DNA of 64,000 nt, taken from Owenia fusiformis. Taxonomy: Eukaryota. The stretch covers positions 42,222,001 through 42,286,000 of the forward strand of contig CAIIXF020000001.1 of assembly GCA_903813345.2 (NCBI GenBank), written 5' to 3'. The notes beneath the pieces are model-generated. The model did not search any database. It saw nothing but the letters and a program-made list of their open reading frames with translations, and was not told the DNA's origin. The position numbers and the translations under genes are program-made. Below are positions 54,300 to 64,000 of this stretch, in pieces. Within the stretch, counting starts at the first letter, position 1, and each line of letters opens with the position of its first letter.

Positions 54300-56290
54300 A
54301 CTTGTATCTAAACTCCACGATACACCAAAACCCAACACAACCTGCTACTCAATATACAACCTACCACAACCAACCATTACAACCAAGCACAACCCATAAG
54401 ATCACCAACAACGCAACACAACCAATGTCTGAAGAATTAGAACGCAGCTGAACTCACAATTACCAAGAACACAACCGACTGTCAAATTAGCACAACACAA
54501 TTTGGCACAACCACACAACCAAACCAAACTATCAAAACACAATCAGGAACAACCAAACTAAAACCCCAACACAGAGAGATCACACAACACAACCGAACAC
54601 AACCAAATAAACTCACCCGACTAGGCACAACCGACCACCTATATTAACATAATCGGGCACAACCCGCCACCACCCCTCATTTAACGATCAGGCACAACCA
54701 ACCACACAACACAATCGGACTCAACCAGATACCTCACCTGACTGGGCACAACCTGCCCCCCGACCAGCATAACAAAATCACAACATAACACAACGCATTT
54801 TAAAATTAACATAACACAATTTGGCACAACCAAATAATAAAACAACAAAACCAAAACACAACCCATTATTGACGAAGAACAACACAATTTTACACAAAAC
54901 AATCAAAACACAATCAGGCACAACCAAACTGGAATACCAAAACACCCAACCAACACTCTCTGAAAACAACACCACTTGTATCTAAACTCCACGATACACC
55001 AAAACCCAATTCGGCATAACCTGCTACTCAATATACAACTTATCACAACCAAACATTACAACCAAGCACAACCCATAAGATCACCAACAACGCAACACAA
55101 CCAATGTCTGAAGAATTAGAACGCAGCTGAACTCACAATTACCAAGAACACAACCCATTGTCAAATTAACACAACACAATTTGGCACAACCACACAACCA
55201 AACCAAACTATCAAAACACAATCAGGAACAACCAAACTAAAACCCCAACACAGAGAGATCACACAACTCAACCGAACACAACCAAATAAACTCACCCGAC
55301 TAGGCACAACCGACCACCTATATTAACATAATCGGGCACAACCCGCCACCACCCCTCATTTAACGATCAGGCACAACCAACCACATAACACAATCGGACT
55401 CAACCAGATACCTAACCTGACTGGGCACAACCTGCCCCCCGACCAGCATAACAAAATCACAACATAACACAACGCATTTTAAAATTAACATAACACAATA
55501 AGGCACAACTCGAAACCAGGCTAAATAAACAACAAGACACAACCCAACTACAAGCCAACAACACAATACGACACAACCCAATACTACAACCTTAGTTTAA
55601 CCTCCGAAAACACAACCAATTGTCAAATATACGCAACACAATTTGGCACAACCAAATAATAAAACAACAAAACCAAAACACAACCCATTATTGACGAAGA
55701 ACAACACAATTTTACACAAAACAATCAAAACACAATCAGGCACAACCAAACTGGAACACGAAAACACCCAACCAACACTCTCTGAAAACAACACCAATCA
55801 CGCAACACAATCTGACACAACCACATACTTCATCCTACTGGGCACAACCCGTTACCGACCAGCACAACACAATTACAACATAACACAACCACTTTGAAAT
55901 TAACATAACTTAATGAGACACAGCCCGATACCAAACTTACACAACACAACCAGGCTCAACCAGACAAACAACCACCAAAACACAATCGACTATCAAACTA
56001 ACACAATGGAACACAACCAAACAACAAACCAACACAATACAACATAGCCAACGAGACCGAATTCAAATCAACCCATTGTTGAATCATTACAACACAACCT
56101 GACACCAACCACAGTAACAGAGTCAGTCACAACCCAATACTAAATCAATTAAATTACACTATTAAATACAATCAGGCACAATCTACAAACACAACCAAAC
56201 TATGATACCAATTTACTTAGCACCCAACTAATTGTCTCCAACTGGAGACAATCCCAAAACAAAACCTAACCCAGCAAAACAACATTCTCT
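54300..56290. repeat. A/C-rich low-complexity tract with ~675-bp tandem duplication
   Basis: 54300-54975 is duplicated from 54975; recurrent ggcacaacc motif; extreme strand bias. Confidence 0.85.
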
Positions 56291-56371
56291 AGAAACCAAT
56301 AACAATCCCGCGAAACGCGTAACCTGAACAGGAAAAAGTAACCCTCACTATATTTTTAACCTTTTTTCTTT

Positions 56372-56430
56372 GGCCGCTGATGAGAAACATATCATGGAAT
56401 ACCCCCATGAGTTCGAAACATCTTGGGCCC
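56372..56430 (+). ncRNA. Possible degenerate type I hammerhead ribozyme (Penelope-like)
   Basis: GGCCG-CTGATGA-G..TCATGG/CCATGA..C-GAAAC...GGCC; stem III and the cleavage triplet are imperfect. Confidence 0.35.
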
Positions 56431-59400
56431 TTATTATGACCAACATATAAGGGAGAGGATCCGCAACAGGATCGAGATGTCCGGCCGCTCTACATTAATG
56501 ACAATAGGAGATGTCACCACTAATGGCATCATCCTAGGATCAACTAAATATACTCTACCTGTCACATAAGAACTGACGATGGTTTGGGGAAACTTAGATA
56601 CTTGACCATATCTCCAAGGTCCAATCAACGAGACCTCTAACCAATTGACACAGATTGCATGACCATGCGTGTCCATAAAAGGTAATGTCTCAAGACATGG
56701 TCTAAGCCACCACTCCCAACACTATACACCACACCAACTACTTAATATTTACACAGAACAATTAACCACCAGTATCATGGGAAGGCATCATCTGTGGTCA
56801 CGTGGTTACATAACAAGACAAAGCCCACTCAAAATCGTGCGAAAAGTGCTCAGAGTGGTGAAAACCTGCGGGAATTTGAAATAATTTCTGGCCAGGGAGG
56901 GGGAAACTACCGAACCTCCAGCTTCCCCTGGTTTCGGAACTGCTTATTGGTAATTTGTATAGCCCATTATAAATCTCCATTCAGTTAGAGTCATCAATGG
57001 TGAAATCTGTGTTGGAGTTAGCTTCATTATCAACCTCAGTTAGAGTCATTCTAAGTGAAGCCGTTTTCTTTCGATTTCTCTAATATCGCGGGTGCTTGAG
57101 CCTTTATTTGTGGTTGTTTACAATTATATCTTTTTTAGTTTGCATGGCGAAACTTTTGGGATCAAGATTCAGCTTGGTTTGGCTGTAATTGGAGATTTAT
57201 CGAAAACGAACGAATTTTGTCCACCATCTTGAATGAAGCTAACTGCAGTTAGAGTCATCCAGTTGTGGAACAGTGTCAACGGAAAGTTAATTTTTAATCA
57301 ATGGGTTTCCTCACATTTTTACTCTATTGGGTTTTCTCACAATTTAGCTCAATTGTTTTTCTGTCAAATTAAGTTTACAACATTTAAAGCCCCCTCTTAC
57401 ACAGACACAAACACCTTTAATCACTTCACAAACAACACAAAACATTTTTGACACGAAACTGCTATATATCAATACATTACGAATTTGGTATAGGTCCATG
57501 GCCAGGGAGGGGGTTCAAGTAACCCCCCCCCCCTTGCCAAAATTCTTTCAAAATCCTACATTTTTTTTACCAATCTGAGCACTGTTAAGTGATTTCGGGC
57601 CAAAATGACCTCTTGGTTTGTTTTGAAAATTGATCCCCTGGGCTAAAACTTATTCCGAGCCTGTATTATATTGGATGTACATGTATTGCTCAGATTTCTT
57701 CTGGCAAATCGCTGATAATAAATAAGAAAGGTAGTCATTAGGTTAACTGATACAAGTGGTGTTAAGTCATGCTTAAACAAAATTAAAACGTGTATTCTCT
57801 CACATTTCACAATTCATGCGTTTTCTGTTATCCATATATCTGAGATATAAACTGGGGATATAAACAACAGATTAGTCCATGATGTAATACATTTGTTTCT
57901 ACTACAATTGGACCAATTTAATTAAGGCTGGTTTTAATTAATTTTTTGTTTTCCATTTCCAAATGTATATTCGGTATGTTTAGTTGTTTGATAATTAAAA
58001 TAAAGAAGCGGGCACATTTTACATTAATTTCTAATGTTTCATCTGACATAGCGATGATTACGCTTTGAGCAAATTGGTGCATGGTAGAACAAACTGATGT
58101 AATTTCTTTAATATGAGTTTTGTTAACACTGAAAGCTAATCCGTTTCACTAGACAAACAGGTTGGAATTAACACATAATAATCAGCGATTAAAATTTTAG
58201 AATAATCATTAATAAGCAGACACAGTCTGATCCTGACCTAATTATAACTTTTAAAGGCTAGATACAATGGCAACAGGCATGGCCTTGCGATAATCACTTT
58301 TGTCTTAACTGAATAACCGACCAACTGATTATTGTGACTGATTAAACTTCAAAGGGCTAATTACAAATGACACTGCTGGAATACAATCTCTTGTCTAAAT
58401 AAAATGATCAACCTGTCTGTGATAAGAAGTATAAAGGAATTTAAAATGTATCTAATATATTATACAATTAGACAGACTGGCTATTCTAATCCGTTATGAA
58501 AAGTCATTTGTTTTTTCCACTACAGGATGTTTCTACGGAAGTTAATTTGTTTATTTTAGTCTTTAGAGGCACTGTCCCTTGACGCTTTTATGAAATAAAT
58601 GAACTTTGTGATGGACTACAATTGTGTATTTTTACAATACATTATTTTCATTTTAGGTCTCTCTTATTACATGTAGTTGCATTGCAGAATTACAATTACA
58701 TTGTAATTGAATACATAATAAATACGTAACATATAAATATATGCGCCTTTTGACGTGTGGTAACAAAATACAAAATAAATACTTATGTTTCTCCAGCTTG
58801 TTTTTATATTAATTTGGCAATAAAACATGCATAAAGAGATAACAAATTGTGCACTGTGCGCAACCCGAATCCCCTCCCCGATCGGGTCGCGTTTGCTGTG
58901 TATGTAATAATGTACAAAAGTAATGTAATAAAGACAATTATGCCCCCCCCCCCCCTATTGCAACATTTTGTCAATTAAAAGTATTAGCTTGGAGCATCAA
59001 CACACGTTTGATTGAAATAATCTAAATCAAAGTTCCAAATGAATAAATGAATAAAGAACATGAAGGTTCTGTTTGACATTCGAGAAGAAGAATTTGTCCA
59101 GTCAAAAATAGATTTCTAATATTTGATCTTGATTAGATGTATTTATTGATCCTTGTTTTTAAAACTACAGATGGTTCACTTAATTCTGAAGTAAACAAAA
59201 AATAAATCCTATACACGACAACTTGGTTCCCATGATACTGCCTATAACCTATAATACTCATTTATCAAAACAAATATTAATTAATCCGTCCGTCTGATTA
59301 CATTTTGTTCCCTGACTCAAACTAAGCAAATCCCGATTACAGTTCTTAATTCCTCACTTGAAACGATTTAGCCAACATGATACAATATGAAATTTGATTA

Positions 59401-59492
59401 ATTATACAACTACTGGTATAAAGCCTATTGTTATCAAAACCCATAAATGCTCACAATATAAATATAGTTTATTGATGGCCAATAACAGATAT

Positions 59493-59755
59493 CAGGGGCG
59501 TAGTCAGCTTTCAGTCAGGGAGGAGTGCGATTGCCAAAAATATTTCGGTTTTCAGTCGGGGGGGAGGATGCGATTGTGACATAAACAAGCCAAAAATGAT
59601 TTTTATATTGAATTTTACAAAAACTGGATGCAAGTTCCTTCAAAAGTGAGCTAGAAGCTTCAAATAAAAAGCATTTAAAAGCTCTTTGAGTCCTCTTTAT
59701 CAGGGTTTGATTTTTATTGGTTTTCGCAACCCCCTCCTCCTTGGCTACGCCTATG
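59493..59755. mobile_element. Small MITE with CAGGGGCGTAG-type termini
   Basis: CAGGGGCGTAGTCA ... TGGCTACGCCTATG; TSD not evident. Confidence 0.5.
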
Positions 59756-59784
59756 GACATTTAGAAAGTTTCAAATAAATAACT

Positions 59785-60062
59785 CAGCAACCAACCACGC
59801 AAGTAACCAACCAAGCAACCAAGCAAACGACCATCCAAGCAAGCAGGAAACTAAACAAGTAAAAAAGCAAACCATGCAACTTACAAATAAAGCAAGCAAA
59901 CAACCGACAAACCAACCAAGCAAGTAGCTAATTAAACTCTAATGTAAGAAACCAAGGAAGCAGCAAAGCAACAAAGAAAGAATGATAGCAAGTAAACGGC
60001 CAATCAAGCAATCAATCGTGCTAATAAACAAGCAAACAAACAATCTACCTTCCAAGCAACTA
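59785..60062. repeat. Degenerate (CAAV)n microsatellite
   Basis: caac/caag/caaa tetramers. Confidence 0.85.
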
Positions 60063-62630
60063 ATTAACATAATTCAATAAGATTAAAATTGAACCTTGGG
60101 CACATTTGCTCGACGGTAATAATGAGTAATATAGAACTATCATATTGATTGCATTTATTAAACACAGAAATGAAACACATTGGAGTATAGTTAAATAATT
60201 GGGGATGGGAGGGGGTAGTGTACACACGGGATACTGAATTCTTCCTCTTAAACTTAAATTTCAGTGCTTGAATGAAGGCTTCCATTTAACAGATTTAGGG
60301 AGTTTCACTACTAGTTTCACTGAGATTGAAGTTTTTCAATTGCCTTTGTTATAACATCTTATTTCAATACACTGGATATTATGTAAAAGTATTGATGTGT
60401 ATTTCTTATTCCCAACAATAGAATTTCATATCAAACATTTTAATTATAGTTTTACAGTGGTATCACAACGTTATTGCTTCAATAAATGCAACACATTTAC
60501 CAGATTTTAGATTGGACTTTCTACACGATGATGAAATATTTTCTTGGTGATATTCTTTAATTACTACTAATTAGTATAAACTATTGATCCAATTGCAGAA
60601 ATCTGCTGCATGATAATTGCTAATAAAAAATCTCGAATCCTGGTAATTGAAGTTAGACAGCTAAATAAAGTCTAACATTAAATGAAATTCTAAAAATGTG
60701 TTTCTTTTATTTTTTTGTTTGGTTGATATCGAATTAAAAAATGATGTTTGAATAAAAAATTCAATTTCGCAAAAATTCATATTCTTTAGCTAGACAAAGG
60801 CTATAGTTTGTTTATTCAACGGATAATAATTTGAAGCGCTAGACGCATAAATGGCAGACGGTTCTTAATTGCTAATGAAAACAAAGCGATAACCAGTTGG
60901 GTGAATAATCACTTGACATAATAATCAGTTGGAATTTTTGCCATTGGCTACACATTAATAAGAATTGATTATCGTAATAACCAGTGAAAACACTGGTTAT
61001 TGTTGATTAATAAGTCTCGATAATCAGCGATAACCACCAATAATAGTCTCGATAATAGGTTTTAACCAGATAATAATCATTTATTCACTGATTATTTGTG
61101 ATTAAAATTGTTTATATTTGGTCACTTCGCCCAGTGTTTGTTAGAGGCGATGGATTAATTTCCTACAGCCAACAGTTCTAAGTTCCATAAAAAATAATTT
61201 AAAAACCAAGTTTTTCATATTTATTTGATTGTATAATGTCCCTTATGTTATGATCAACATTGTGTTAAAATTTGGATAAAATTGATTGACTCAACGGAAA
61301 GTTAATTTTTAATCAATGGGTTTCCTCACATTTTTACTCCATTGTTTCTCTGCCATATAAAGTTAACAACAAACAAAACATTTAAGGGCCACTCTTACAC
61401 AGGCACAAACAACCACCCGTATTCACTCTGCCAACCACAAAAATAGTCTTGACACAGAACTGCTCAAAATTTAGCTTAAAACATTAGGCATTTTATACAG
61501 GCCCGTACCTAACGAGTAACGATCCCCTCCCCTTGGCCAACAATTCTTTCAAAATCATGAAGATTTTCACCATTCACATACATGTACATGTATTAATGAC
61601 AGAGCAATATAAGTAATACTTTAATCTCTAAGTTTCTTCAATTTCTATGAAATGAGTTTTGTTCACTGATAACTAATCCGATTGTTAGAGTTAATCCGTT
61701 TGTTAGAGTGAATGGATTAATATCTAGAGCCGATTGTTTTATTTTCCACAAAAATAATAATTTGCAAATTAAGTTTTTCATATTTGTTTAATTGTATAAA
61801 ATCCCTCTTTCTATGATTAACATTGTGTTAAAATTTGGATTGAATCGATTAACCCATTGGAAAGTTAATTATTTGATTTTCAATTTTTCACATTTTTACT
61901 CCATTGTTAACATTAACTTAAAACAAGTTAATTTTTTTTTTCTAAACATTTATTTGTAAATATTTTTCAAATACAAATAGAACAGTCAAAATAAAATATG
62001 TGTGACATGTGTAAGTAATAGAGATGAGAAGGCCAGTAGAACGGTTAATCCTATTAACTGCCATGCTGTGCATTCTTTGTTTTGTTTGGTTAAGTAATTA
62101 ACCAGATGGATTGTACATCAAGTTGGACGAGAATAATCGAGTATAATATTTTTTAGAACCCAAATAATACAATATAATTTGATATATTCTGCTTAGATTG
62201 GAAAATACTAGAAAATAATATTTTTTAGAATAAAAAAATCTAAATAGACTGCAATCATCAGTTTGGATTGATAAATATGACCAAATAATATTTTAGAAAG
62301 ACAGAATGAATATAAATTGGCGCAAATAATTCTAAAAAAGAATATTATACCGGGAATAAAACATTCTGCTACATTTTCTTATTGAGATAATCGGATTTGG
62401 TAAATGTTTATATGTACAAATAATATATTTGGATCTCACGTATTTCTAATTATATTATATTAATCTCTATATAATGTAGTATATTATGCTGATTATATTT
62501 TTTTTCCTTCATAATATAATATAATAACTACAATACTGAATGGAAATACTGTATTATTACGCATCTTTTTACACAAATATCCGAAAATAAAACATCTTTT
62601 TATATATTATTTTATCGATTTCACCAAGTG

Positions 62631-63913
62631 TGCCCGCTACGACATAAACGCCGCTCGCATATTTGTTCATAATTTGTAACGTTCGCAAAATTACTGTGAA
62701 CGACAATGGAGAAAAACGCAGCCAATCTGTTTGATGGTTTAAAAAAGGGAAGGAGCATCCACTTAATCAATCAAAAATAAATGTGGGAATATTTGAGAGA
62801 ACAGGAAAATCCGCCCACGGCCAAGAAAACAAAACTGGACATGAATATTCTAAAATATTTCCACGATTGAACAATGTGAACCAGATGACCAAGAATGGTA
62901 TGGGATAAACATATTATCCTATAGTCGGTTCAGGATATTGGGATTATCCCTTGGCCAATATAATATATTTTCCCTCGGGACCTGCGGCCCTCGGGCAAAT
63001 ATATTATATTGGCCTCGGGATAATCCCAATATCCTGAACCTCATATAGGATAATCTCTATTTATCCTATATGAGATTCAGGATATTGGGATTATCCCGAG
63101 GCAAATATAATATATCTGCCCAGTTTTGTTTTCTTGGCCCGTGGGCGGATTTTCCTGTTCTCTCAAATATTCCCACATTTATTTTCTCGAATTTTTGATT
63201 GATTAAGTGGATGCTCTTTCCCTTTTTTAAACCATCAAACAGATCCCGATTGTCTTTGTTTTCTCCATTGTCGTTTACAATCATTAGGCGAACGTTACAA
63301 ATTATGAACAAATATGTGAGCGGCGTAACACGTCCAAGTATGGGATAATCTCTATTTATCCCAAACTTGGACGTGTTAGAGGTACATAAAGCCGGTTTGT
63401 AAAAACTTATATTTTCATCAGCGGGCAGATATAGCTTTACGTGCCGCTCCGAGCGGGCAGATATAGTATACTGCTACGTCATAATCGCCGCTCGCATATT
63501 TGCTCATAATTTGTAACCTTCGCGTAATGACTGCAAACGACAATGGAGAAAACACAGACAATCGGGATCTGTTTGATGGTTTAAAAAAGGGAAGGAGCAT
63601 CCACTTAATCAATCAAAATTTCGAGAAAATAAATATGGGAATATTTGTCAGAACAGGTAAATCCGCCCACGGCCAAGAAAACAAAACTGGGCATGAATAT
63701 TCTAAAATATTTCCACGATTGAACAATGTGAACCAGATGACCAAGATTGGTATGGGATAAACATATTATACTATAGTCGGTTCAGGATTTTGGAATTATC
63801 CCTTGGCCAATATAATATATATTTTCCCTCGGGACCTGCTGCCCTCGGGCAGATATATTACATTTGCCTCGGGATAATCCAAATATCCTGAACCTCATAT
63901 AGGATAATCTCTA
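62631..63913. mobile_element. Three adjacent copies (+,-,+) of a hairpin-terminated element
   Basis: 62631-63060, 63060-63340 (inverted) and 63380-63913 share sequence; terminal hairpin with ccctcgggacctgcggccctcggg loop, ending ggataatctctat. Confidence 0.75.
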
Positions 63914-64000
63914 TATGTCAAGCTCCTCCAAAATATCAATTCTATATCACGATGTTTTCAAGTATAATATAAGATCGTATATAGTATATTATCCCATGGT

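Larger units (their letters stand above)
49645..57275. mobile_element. Non-autonomous Transib-like element 3 (7.6 kb)
   Basis: ~240-bp near-perfect TIRs starting CACTGTTCCACAACTGG; 5-bp TSD TCAAC; empty site gattgactcaacggaaag at ~61285-61300. Confidence 0.85.
48573..62630. mobile_element. 14-kb CACTA/CMC-like non-autonomous composite element
   Basis: CACTTGGT...ACCAAGTG termini with AT-rich subterminal repeats; 3-bp TSD TGC. The flanks rejoin into an element whose uninterrupted paralogue is at 63380-63913. Confidence 0.75.

Noticed and set aside
54681..55897. Cys/Val-rich and Thr/Asn-rich ORFs
   Set aside because: They are artefacts of the A/C-rich low-complexity tract.
63066..63760. Repeated ORFs (LFDGLKKGRSIHLINQ) as a tyrosine recombinase fragment
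   Set aside because: No catalytic motif is recognisable and the frame is broken in the third copy; similarity is too weak to call.

Overview
AT-rich, repeat-dense animal genomic DNA (looks like a marine invertebrate such as a mollusc or annelid; inferred from composition, spliceosomal introns and transposon spectrum). It contains one clear protein-coding gene, on the minus strand at about 1864-8470. The ORF track shows it as separate ORFs, but it is at least 11 GT-AG exons that splice into one open frame of about 1130 codons. The protein has an apolipoprotein L (APOL)-like domain, then four symmetric phase-2 exons encoding APOL-derived repeats without the hydrophobic segments, then the C-terminal helical region and the start of the VPS9 Rab5-GEF domain of alsin (ALS2). 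I do not know of a described APOL-alsin/VPS9 chimera. The 5' exon(s) and the last VPS9 exon(s) were not located. The rest of the window is mostly nested non-autonomous DNA transposons: Helentron/HINE-like, Tc1/mariner, Kolobok-like, Academ-like, CACTA-like, IS3EU-like, hairpin-ended elements, and three CAC-terminated elements with 5-bp TSDs (Transib-like). There is also a ~65-bp satellite. A four-level transposon nest at 48.5-63 kb can be reconstructed from TSDs and empty-site copies inside the window. All family assignments come from motifs recognised by eye, not from database searches.
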